DNA from: Chitinophagaceae bacterium
Lineage (GTDB): Bacteria; Bacteroidota; Bacteroidia; Chitinophagales; Chitinophagaceae
DNA length: 33,880 nucleotides
Direction: 5' to 3'
Assembly (NCBI GenBank): GCA_014379515.1
Contig: JACMLR010000017.1
Coordinates: forward strand, 1 to 33,880
Each line of letters opens with the position of its first letter. The first letter of the stretch is position 1. The translations under genes were made by a program, and so were the position numbers. Positions 19,622 to 27,457 of the stretch are shown here, in pieces. Under the pieces are notes generated by a model that did no database searches, was not told the origin of the DNA, and worked only from the letters and a program-made list of their open reading frames with translations.

Positions 19622-20189
19622 TGTTGATTTTTTTGTATGACGGTTGTAGTCGCTGTTTCAATAATTTTCTTCCTTCGTTCACATGCCATTTCGATGTTCC
19701 TTCAGCGATGCCAAGAAGTGATGAAATTTCTTTATGCGTATAGCAGTCAATGATGAAAAGATTGAAGACTGTTGCTGTAGTATTTGGGAGTGAACGAATG
19801 AACAGTTGCAGATCCGACGCTTCAAACGAATTAAATACATTGCTTTCGATCGAATGTTGCTCTTCCTCGTTCAACGTTATTGGGTCGAACCGAAGTCGTC
19901 CCTGTTTCGCTACATGGTCAAGACAACAGCGGATGATAATCGTTTTCACCCAGGCATTAAAATGTCCCTGTTCTTTATAAAGATTGAGCGATTTGAACAC
20001 CCGGAGCATCGCATTATTAAAGATCATTCCGGCGCCATCCATATCTTCAGCATATCGCAAGCAAATCCGAATATGCCCTGCATAGCAAATTCGATAAAGC
20101 TGTTCCTCTGAAGAAACGTCTCCCGATAAACATCTTTTGACAATTTGTGCCAGTACGTTTTCCGCCTGGACTGTTGCAACAACACTCAT
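19611..20189 (-). CDS. ECF RNA polymerase sigma factor
   Basis: 192 aa. Sigma2-like LYRICY...FNAWVKTIII and sigma4-like LPNTTATVFNLF...YTHKEISSLLGIAEGTSKWHVNEGRKLL. Confidence 0.9.
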   Translation of the reverse strand: MSVVATVQAENVLAQIVKRCLSGDVSSEEQLYRICYAGHIRICLRYAEDMDGAGMIFNNAMLRVFKSLNLYKEQGHFNAWVKTIIIRCCLDHVAKQGRLRFDPITLNEEEQHSIESNVFNSFEASDLQLFIRSLPNTTATVFNLFIIDCYTHKEISSLLGIAEGTSKWHVNEGRKLLKQRLQPSYKKINNDI

Positions 20190-20197
20190 CTATTATA

Positions 20198-20226
20198 TAA
20201 CTGTTAACGCGTTCAATAAGGTTGGG
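20198..20226 (-). promoter_or_regulatory. Candidate ECF autoregulatory promoter CCCAACC-N17-AGTTA
   Basis: Minus strand reads CCCAACC ttattgaacgcgttaac AGTTA immediately upstream of the sigma ATG. Confidence 0.5.
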
Positions 20227-20281
20227 TATGAACTAAAAATAGTTGGTTTTGCCCTAATGCGATTTCGAGTATATTGGGGAC

Positions 20282-21301
20282 ATGAACCGTAAGAAATTTC
20301 TATCATCTGGAGCGGCTGTTCTGGCGACTGGTCTCCTGCCAGCGGGAATCCCTGGGCAGCCGGGCGATTCTTCGGGGATCATTCCTCCTTACCTTGAAAA
20401 AGGCGATAAAATTGCCATCACTTCACCTGCGGGCTATATCACCCGCGAAGCGATTCAACCTGCAATACTGCAATTAGAAAGCTGGGGTTTGAAAGTGATT
20501 GTCGGTTCCAGTATCGGGCGCCGGGATTTTAGTTTCGGGGGTACAGATGCGGAGCGATTAAACGACCTCCAACAACTGATTGATGAACCCTCAATAAAAG
20601 CTATCCTTTGCGCGCGGGGCGGGTATGGCTCTATACGTTTGGTCGATAAACTAAACTGGAGCAGATTTGAACTCTCGCCAAAGTGGATAATTGGATTTAG
20701 CGATGTTACAGTGTTGCATGCACACGTGGCACGAAATCTGGGAATCGCATCGATTCATTCTAAAATGTGTAACTCCTTTCCCGACGATTGGGCGAAGGCA
20801 GAACCGATACAGATTGAAACGATCTTATCGATCAGGCAGGCGATCATGGGTGATAAAATGGTTTATACGATTCCAGTTAATGCAAAAAACAAACAAGGAA
20901 GGGCAGAGGGACGTTTGATAGGAGGCAATTTAAAAACATTGGAAACTTTGGCCGGCAGTAAATCGGATATCCGAACCGATGATAAACTGTTGTTTGTCGA
21001 GGACACCGGAGAATATCTTTATAGCATCGATCGAATGTTTTGGAATCTTAAACGCACGGGTAAGCTGGAGAAACTTGCGGGATTGATTCTCGGTGGTTTT
21101 AAGATTAAGGCTGACGATCCGGGAGAAGAATTCGGTCGCTCGCTGCATGACATCGTTCTTGAGAAAGTTTCGGAGTACAAGTATCCGGTATGTTTCGACT
21201 TTCCTGTTGGCCATCAAAAAAATAATTTCGCGCTAAAGCATAATGTGTCTCATCAATTAATCGTAAACGATAGTAATTGTAAACTCAGCGAAGTCAGATG
21301 A
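20282..21301 (+). CDS. LD-carboxypeptidase, peptidase S66, with Tat-like N-terminal signal
   Basis: Motifs ARGGYG, IGFSD (Ser), GGNL, FVED (Glu) and PVGH (His). N-terminus MNRKKFL is followed by a hydrophobic stretch. Confidence 0.9.
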   Translation: MNRKKFLSSGAAVLATGLLPAGIPGQPGDSSGIIPPYLEKGDKIAITSPAGYITREAIQPAILQLESWGLKVIVGSSIGRRDFSFGGTDAERLNDLQQLIDEPSIKAILCARGGYGSIRLVDKLNWSRFELSPKWIIGFSDVTVLHAHVARNLGIASIHSKMCNSFPDDWAKAEPIQIETILSIRQAIMGDKMVYTIPVNAKNKQGRAEGRLIGGNLKTLETLAGSKSDIRTDDKLLFVEDTGEYLYSIDRMFWNLKRTGKLEKLAGLILGGFKIKADDPGEEFGRSLHDIVLEKVSEYKYPVCFDFPVGHQKNNFALKHNVSHQLIVNDSNCKLSEVR

Positions 21302-22233
21302 TAAAAACACCAGCATACCTGAAAGCCGGCGATACGATTGGACTGACATGTCCAGCCGGCTATATGAGTTTTGACAAAGCATCTGCCTGTATTCGTATGT
21401 TAGAACAGTGGGGTTACAAAGTGAAGATGGGGAATACATTGGGTAGTGGATCGAAAAATTATTTTTCAGGGACTGACAAAGAAAGGTTGACCGACTTTCA
21501 AAACCTGCTTGATGATAATGAGGTGAAGGCGATACTATGCGCAAGGGGCGGATATGGAACTTCCAGGATTATAGATTCAATTGATTTCAAGCAATTCGCT
21601 AAATATCCCAAATGGATTATCGGGTATAGTGACATAACCATATTGCATGCTCATATTTATTCGAATTTTAAAATTGCGTCTTTGCATTCTCCAATGGCGG
21701 GCGCATTCAATGACGCATTTATTACGGATGAGTTAACCGGCAAACGCAAAGTGAATGAGTACATCAACTCTCTACGGAATGCCATTGAAGGGAAAAAAGC
21801 AAAATATAGTTGTACAGGACATGAATTCAATAGGAAGGGGGAAGCGGTTGGAGAACTGGTCGGCGGAAATCTCTCATTACTGATACATTTGATCGGCTCA
21901 GAGTCTGACATGAAAACCAAAGGAAGAATTTTGTTTTTGGAAGATGTGGGAGAGCAATTGTATAACGTCGACCGGATGTTTGTGCAATTAAAAAGAGCAG
22001 GGAAGCTCGATAAGCTCGCTGGTTTGATTATTGGTGGATTTACAGACATGAAAGACACGGAGCGTCCATTCGGTCAATCCGTATATGAGTTGATACGCGA
22101 CAAGCTTAGCGACTATAGCTACCCGGTATGTTATGACTTTCCTGTTAGTCACGATACTGAAAACCTTGCATTGAAAGTTGGCGTTGGTTATAAACTCACA
22201 GTTGGTAAAAGCAGGGTTGTTCTCGAAGAATAG
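21298..22233 (+). CDS. LD-carboxypeptidase, peptidase S66 (no signal peptide)
   Basis: Motifs ARGGYG, IGYSD, GGNL, FLED and PVSH. ATGA overlap with the upstream paralog. Confidence 0.92.
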   Translation: MIKTPAYLKAGDTIGLTCPAGYMSFDKASACIRMLEQWGYKVKMGNTLGSGSKNYFSGTDKERLTDFQNLLDDNEVKAILCARGGYGTSRIIDSIDFKQFAKYPKWIIGYSDITILHAHIYSNFKIASLHSPMAGAFNDAFITDELTGKRKVNEYINSLRNAIEGKKAKYSCTGHEFNRKGEAVGELVGGNLSLLIHLIGSESDMKTKGRILFLEDVGEQLYNVDRMFVQLKRAGKLDKLAGLIIGGFTDMKDTERPFGQSVYELIRDKLSDYSYPVCYDFPVSHDTENLALKVGVGYKLTVGKSRVVLEE

Positions 22234-22304
22234 TAGACTTCCATATGAAACCGCTGTGATCGGGTCCCGTATCTTGGGTAATCATGTCGATTTAAGACCT
22301 GGTG

Positions 22305-22348
22305 AAATGAAAAAGCCCGCTGTTATCAGCGGGCCGGGTTTTTCATTT
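22305..22348. terminator. Bidirectional intrinsic terminator
   Basis: AAATGAAAAA-GCCCGCTG-ttat-CAGCGGGC-cggg-TTTTTCATTT between convergent genes. Confidence 0.8.
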
Positions 22349-22358
22349 ATATCTGTAG

Positions 22359-23870
22359 TTACACGATTGATTTATCGGTACTATGTTGTTTTGGCATTGC
22401 GTCTTCAACATTTACGCCAATAGCCTGGGCGATTGCAACTCCAAGTCCAACGTCTGCACGGAAGAAATGACAAAGCTGACGATTGATAATTTCTGCTTTT
22501 TTAGGTCCATCGATTCCTTTCATCGCGCCAGCAACATTGCTTACGAGATTGCGCTTGTCGGTTGCGCTTAATACTTCCCGCCAAAAAATTCCGGGTTGAG
22601 TGTAATGATCATTCTCTCCTTCTGCGTTGCGATCATAGAAATCAGCCACAAGCGTCTCCAATTCAACCGGTGCTTGTTTATATTCCGGATCGGCGACGAT
22701 GTTGTCGAAACTATTTGGAAAATAGTTCGGCGCTTTACCACCGTTACCATCAACGCGCATTTGGCCATCGCGCTGAAAATTGTTTATTGCGTACGGGCAC
22801 CTGTTAACTGGAATTTGTTCGAAGTTGGCACCAAGACGATGACGATGCGCATCAGGGTAAGAAAGAATACGCCCCTGCAACATTTTATCCGGCGAATAAC
22901 TGATGCCGTCGACGACGTGCGCTGGCGCGAATGCTGATTGTTCAACCTCCGCGAAAAAGTTTTGCGCGTTTTCATTGAGCTCAAGAACACCAACGTCGAT
23001 GAGCGGAAAATCTTTTTGACTCCAGGTCTTTGTCAAATCAAAGGGATTCCATCGGAATGTCTTTGCTTGTTCCGTCGTCATGATTTGCACTTTTACATCC
23101 CATCTCGGAAAATCCCCGGCATCGATGGCGGTAACCAAATCTCGTTGTGCATGATCCGGATCTTCACCCTTCATTTTTACAGCTTCATCATTCGTGAAGT
23201 TTTTAATTCCTTGTTGAGTTTTGAAATGAAATTTCACCCAATGTTTTTGGTTATCGGCATTGATGAAACTGAAGGTATGACTACCAAAACCATGCATATG
23301 GCGATAACTAAACGGAGTACCGCGATCACTCATCAGGAACATTACCTGGTGCAAGCTTTCAGGATTAAGACTCCAGAAATCCCACATCATTGTCGGACTC
23401 TTGCAGTTCGTGTATGGATCACGTTTTTGTGTGTGAATAAAATCGCCAAATTTCTTTGGGTCTTTGATGAAGAAGATTGGAGTGTTGTTTCCAACAAGGT
23501 CCCAGTTGCCGTCCTCCGTATAAAATTTTAAAGCAAATCCGCGTGGATCTCTTTCTGTATCGGCGCTGCCTTTTTCACCGCCAACAGTTGAAAAGCGTTG
23601 GAATACCTTAGTGCGCTTGCCCACTTTGTTAAAGACCTTCGCACGGGTATAGGACGAAATATCGTTTGTAATCGTAAACGTACCATAAGCGCCGCTCCCT
23701 TTTGCATGAACGACACGTTCTGGAATTCTTTCACGATTGAAATGAGCCATTTTTTCATGAAGAATAAAATCCTGAAGTAACAACGGTCCGCGTGGACCAG
23801 CACTTAGTGTGTCTTCATTCTCGAAATAAGGCATGCCCGATGCCGTCGTTAATTTCTTGTTTTCACTCAT
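22359..23870 (-). CDS. katA: Monofunctional heme catalase (small subunit)
   Basis: FNRERIPERVVHAKG (distal His), RDPRGFALKFYT, VGNN and RILSYPDAH (proximal Tyr). Confidence 0.96.
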   Translation of the reverse strand: MSENKKLTTASGMPYFENEDTLSAGPRGPLLLQDFILHEKMAHFNRERIPERVVHAKGSGAYGTFTITNDISSYTRAKVFNKVGKRTKVFQRFSTVGGEKGSADTERDPRGFALKFYTEDGNWDLVGNNTPIFFIKDPKKFGDFIHTQKRDPYTNCKSPTMMWDFWSLNPESLHQVMFLMSDRGTPFSYRHMHGFGSHTFSFINADNQKHWVKFHFKTQQGIKNFTNDEAVKMKGEDPDHAQRDLVTAIDAGDFPRWDVKVQIMTTEQAKTFRWNPFDLTKTWSQKDFPLIDVGVLELNENAQNFFAEVEQSAFAPAHVVDGISYSPDKMLQGRILSYPDAHRHRLGANFEQIPVNRCPYAINNFQRDGQMRVDGNGGKAPNYFPNSFDNIVADPEYKQAPVELETLVADFYDRNAEGENDHYTQPGIFWREVLSATDKRNLVSNVAGAMKGIDGPKKAEIINRQLCHFFRADVGLGVAIAQAIGVNVEDAMPKQHSTDKSIV

Positions 23871-23929
23871 TTGTTGATTTTTAGTTTATCGAGGATCACA
23901 AATGTGTAACAATTCGAGTTATCGACCTA

Positions 23930-23965
23930 ATTAATTAAATTTATACTCTCATAGATAAAATCTAT
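23930..23965. promoter_or_regulatory. OxyR binding site
   Basis: Perfect ATAG-N7-CTAT (23951-23965) preceded by degenerate ATTA-N7-TTAT (23930-23944), in the divergent katA-oxyR spacer. Confidence 0.75.
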
Positions 23966-23968
23966 CAC

Positions 23969-24904
23969 ATGACTTTTATACAATTGGAATATATCGTAGC
24001 CCTGGACACCTGGCGGCATTTTGCTTTGGCAGCAGAAAAGTGTTTTGTCACGCAGCCCACGTTAAGCATGCAGATACAAAAATTGGAAAGGGAATTGGCG
24101 GTGAAGATTTTTGACCGGAGTAAGCAACCTGTTGTCGCAACGGAAGCAGGTGGGGCGATCATTGAACAGGCGCGAAAGATTTTGGGTGAGCGAAATCAGA
24201 TTGATGAAATCATCCAGGAAAAAAAGGGGGTACTAACAGGAGAGTTACGAATTGGAATTATTCCAACCCTTGCACCCTACTTGCTGCCCTTGTTTGTGCA
24301 GCACTTCAATAAAAAATACCCCAACGTGAAATTGCTCGTAAAGGAAATGATGACGGAGTTTATTGTGTCAAGGCTTCGCGAAGGCAGGATCGACGTTGGC
24401 ATTCTCGTCACGCCCTTGCAGGAAGCAGGTATCAAAGAGCATGTGTTGTTTTATGAAGAACTTATGGTGTATGTGTCCAGGAAGAATGCGGCATACAAAA
24501 AGCAATATGTGTTGGCACAGGATATCGATCCAAACAAATTATGGTTGATGGAAGAGGGACATTGTTTTCGTTCCCAAATTGTAAATCTATGCGAACTACG
24601 AAAAGCAAGTGAAAGCGGCAGTCATTTTGAGTATGAGGCTGGCAGCATCGAAACCCTTCGACGTATGGTGGAGTTGAATGATGGAATAACGATTTTGCCA
24701 GAACTCACAACGTTGGATTTGTCAAAAAGCCAGCAGCAATTGATCAGGCAATTTCGCAAACCTGCCCCGATGCGGGAAGTTAGTATTGTCGTGCATCGCG
24801 ACTTTGTGAAAAAAAGATTGATTGAAGCGTTGAAGGAAGAGATAATTGCTGCAATTCCTGAAAAGCTGAAAAAGAATAAGAGCGAGTATATCGTGAAAGT
24901 ATAA
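23969..24904 (+). CDS. oxyR: Hydrogen peroxide-sensing LysR regulator OxyR
   Basis: LysR HTH (AAEKCFVTQPTLS) and redox Cys pair EGHCFRSQIVNLC. Divergent from catalase. Confidence 0.94.
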   Translation: MTFIQLEYIVALDTWRHFALAAEKCFVTQPTLSMQIQKLERELAVKIFDRSKQPVVATEAGGAIIEQARKILGERNQIDEIIQEKKGVLTGELRIGIIPTLAPYLLPLFVQHFNKKYPNVKLLVKEMMTEFIVSRLREGRIDVGILVTPLQEAGIKEHVLFYEELMVYVSRKNAAYKKQYVLAQDIDPNKLWLMEEGHCFRSQIVNLCELRKASESGSHFEYEAGSIETLRRMVELNDGITILPELTTLDLSKSQQQLIRQFRKPAPMREVSIVVHRDFVKKRLIEALKEEIIAAIPEKLKKNKSEYIVKV

Positions 24905-24938
24905 ACGCGAATTTACCATATTTGTCGCTCTTTGAAAT

Positions 24939-25139
24939 TCAATCTTCCGCGTCCAACTCAAAAAATCGCTCTACTTCTTTTCCAAAAACCCTTGCCATTT
25001 TCAATGCCAGTACGGTTGAAGGCACATATTTGACTGATTCAATCGCGTTAATTGTTTGCCGTGACACACCGATTCTATCTGCTAATTCCTGTTGGGTAAT
25101 ATTGAGTATCGCACGCTCGACCCGGATAGTATTTTTCAT
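24939..25139 (-). CDS. XRE family HTH transcriptional regulator
   Basis: ITQQELADRIGVSRQTINAIESVKYVPS, 66 aa. Confidence 0.93.
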   Translation of the reverse strand: MKNTIRVERAILNITQQELADRIGVSRQTINAIESVKYVPSTVLALKMARVFGKEVERFFELDAED

Positions 25140-25147
25140 AGGTTGAT

Positions 25148-25603
25148 TTAGGCCGCTGCGCGGTTGTTTTTAAAATTGATAAAGTGGAATCGAACGATGA
25201 AGATGATAAGAACTGTTAGCATGTTGTACATCATCACATCCAGGTAACCCAGGCCATGAACAAACCAGGTGGCAATGAGCAACAACACATAATTGACGAT
25301 CACCGCCCATTGCCAGGATTGAAGCCGGTTATGATGGATGAATTCGTCCTCATGCTTTTGGCGTGCAAATGCAATGAAGACCAGGGAAAGAATAATACCT
25401 GTCAGCGCCATTTCATCTGTCAGGTTTACTTTTTCATTCAGATTGAAGCCGTCTTCCTCAACTAGTTTTGTGGACCGATTCAGACTCAGCGCTTCGATTG
25501 AATAGTCGCGAAACCGATAAAGAAGGCCGAGGATGAGGGAGGGAATTAGTAATAGAAGACCAATGATTCTAAAACGCTGCGGTAATAATAGCTTGGAGGT
25601 CAT
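25148..25603 (-). CDS. Hypothetical 4-TM membrane protein co-transcribed with the XRE regulator
   Basis: Four hydrophobic segments and an EDEF...RLQS motif. Ends 8 bp before the XRE gene. Confidence 0.8.
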   Translation of the reverse strand: MTSKLLLPQRFRIIGLLLLIPSLILGLLYRFRDYSIEALSLNRSTKLVEEDGFNLNEKVNLTDEMALTGIILSLVFIAFARQKHEDEFIHHNRLQSWQWAVIVNYVLLLIATWFVHGLGYLDVMMYNMLTVLIIFIVRFHFINFKNNRAAA

Positions 25604-25651
25604 GTAATGTTATTTTTACCAAATGTAAAGTAAACATTACATATTGACAAG
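25602..25651 (-). promoter_or_regulatory. Promoter (TTG-N20-TACATTTG) overlapped by tandem XRE-type operators
   Basis: -7 TACATTTG (25620-25627) and -33-like CTTG (25648-25651). Palindromes ATGTAA-N8-TTACAT (25623-25642) and ATGTAA-N8-TTACCA (25602-25621). Confidence 0.7.
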
Positions 25652-25795
25652 AAAAAGTGACAAAAAACTCCAAATTCTTGGTTCGGATCTACCCCGGTTC
25701 CGATCTCAACGTTTAAAACATTGAAAAACAGAATGTTGATCTGATAAATTTTGGAAAACACGTCGATCCGACGTTTTTTTCGGTTTTGAAAACTG

Positions 25796-26605
25796 CTAAT
25801 CCAGAATTGATTTAATCTTCGATCGAACGAGTTCATAATCTGTCAATCCATTATGACTCGCTCCTGGGACAGCGACAAACTCACTTCCAGGTTTCAGATA
25901 TTGCTGTAGCCGCAGTCCATTCGAAAACGGAATGACTCCATCTTTTGTACCATGGAAGATCGTAACAGGTGCATCTACCTTTTGTAAGTACTGCCAGGTT
26001 GGGATCTTCATTGTTACCATTCTATTCAATGGATATACTGGCAACCATCGCGACGCGATCGAGGGAAAACTATAATAAGGAGTTTCTAGAATTAAATGCT
26101 TGCAGTCACGGATCGAAGCGAGTTGCGTTGCTATTCCAGTCCCCAGTGATTTCCCGTATATAATAATAGAATTGGTATTGAACCTTGCCCGGGCTAGTTT
26201 ATAAAATTGCAATGCCCAATCGTACAATACCTGTTCTCTAAATTCACCGGCGCTTTTCCCAAAGCCAGGATAATCGATCATCCACACTTCGTAACCTTCG
26301 TTTAACATCGCAGAAGCGTAGCCTGCATACCGTTCTATATTGTCCTTGTTTCCGTGAAAGTATAAAACCACCGCTTTTGCCGTGTCCGGGTTGCGGTAAA
26401 ACTGAAGAATATTTATTCGTGATTGCTCGTCATATTGGATGTTGACTTCGCGAAATGAATCTTCGAATGCATAAACATAATCAACAGCCAATGGAGTAGG
26501 GTGAAAAAAGATTTTGTCTTGCAAATAATAAAACACAATCCCGATAATAGAATAAACCAGGATAATAACTTTCAGCCACCTGTAAACGATTTTCTTAGTC
26601 ATCAA
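25796..26605 (-). CDS. Alpha/beta hydrolase (ABHD13/Bem46-like), N-terminal anchor
   Basis: Motifs LYFHGN, DYPGFGKS, GKSLG nucleophile, HGTKDGVIP and GASHN. Confidence 0.9.
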   Translation of the reverse strand: MMTKKIVYRWLKVIILVYSIIGIVFYYLQDKIFFHPTPLAVDYVYAFEDSFREVNIQYDEQSRINILQFYRNPDTAKAVVLYFHGNKDNIERYAGYASAMLNEGYEVWMIDYPGFGKSAGEFREQVLYDWALQFYKLARARFNTNSIIIYGKSLGTGIATQLASIRDCKHLILETPYYSFPSIASRWLPVYPLNRMVTMKIPTWQYLQKVDAPVTIFHGTKDGVIPFSNGLRLQQYLKPGSEFVAVPGASHNGLTDYELVRSKIKSILD

Positions 26606-27390
26606 TATTTCAATATGTCCCGAATAAAATTGTGGTATTCTGAAAACGAAGGTAGATTATTATGCCCGCCGCCTTTAATTCGAATCAGCGTTATTTTGTT
26701 CGGATCAATCTGTTGTAATCGCTCACTATGCCGTAACGGGATTAGCAAATCTCTCGTTCCATGAATTATATAGGTATGACATTTCACCAATTTCATCCAC
26801 TTATCGGTTCGTAAATGAAATCTCAACACAAATCGAATTGGCAGCAACGGTAGAAAGCGCTCCACAACTTTTCGAAAACTATAATACGGGGCATCCAATA
26901 TTAAATACCGTGGATTATTTTCTGATGCAAGTTTTGCAGCAAATCCGCTACCCATACTTCTGCCATACACGATCAAGTGATCCTCCGGATATTTTCGCGC
27001 CAGCTCATCATAAACAAACTGCACATCTGCCAACATGTTTTTCTCGGTTCGTTTACCGGTGCTTTTACCAAAGCCACGGTAATCAATTAGCACAACGTCA
27101 TAATCATACCGATAAAAATCTTTTGCGTAACGTGCCCATCCTTTGATACTTCTTGTATTTCCATGAAAATATAATATCAGGCCTTTGGGTTCTGGGCGAG
27201 AAAAGTGAAGTCCATTGATGCTCACTCCCGGACTAATGTCAAAAAAAAGTTCCCGGAAAGGAACATCGTATTTGAATTCAAAATCGCGGTGAAGTTTTTC
27301 TGGTTTGAAAATAAATTTCTCCTGCACGAAATAGACAACTATCGTGAGCAATGCAATCGATCCTATAATATACCAGATAAAAGCAGGCAA
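26602..27390 (-). CDS. Alpha/beta hydrolase (ABHD13/Bem46-like), N-terminal anchor
   Basis: Motifs LYFHGN, DYRGFGKS, GRSMG, HGTRDLLIP and GGGHNNL. TTG start and 4-bp overlap with its paralog. Confidence 0.9.
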   Translation of the reverse strand: MPAFIWYIIGSIALLTIVVYFVQEKFIFKPEKLHRDFEFKYDVPFRELFFDISPGVSINGLHFSRPEPKGLILYFHGNTRSIKGWARYAKDFYRYDYDVVLIDYRGFGKSTGKRTEKNMLADVQFVYDELARKYPEDHLIVYGRSMGSGFAAKLASENNPRYLILDAPYYSFRKVVERFLPLLPIRFVLRFHLRTDKWMKLVKCHTYIIHGTRDLLIPLRHSERLQQIDPNKITLIRIKGGGHNNLPSFSEYHNFIRDILKY

Positions 27391-27457
27391 TGCAGCGTAT
27401 TTGAAGTAAGTGCGTCTGAAGATAAGATTTAAAAAAGCTGCCTTTCCACATTTCGCA

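Noticed and set aside
22562-23531. Several ORFs up to 197 aa antisense to catalase
   Set aside because: Shadow frames of a conserved gene.
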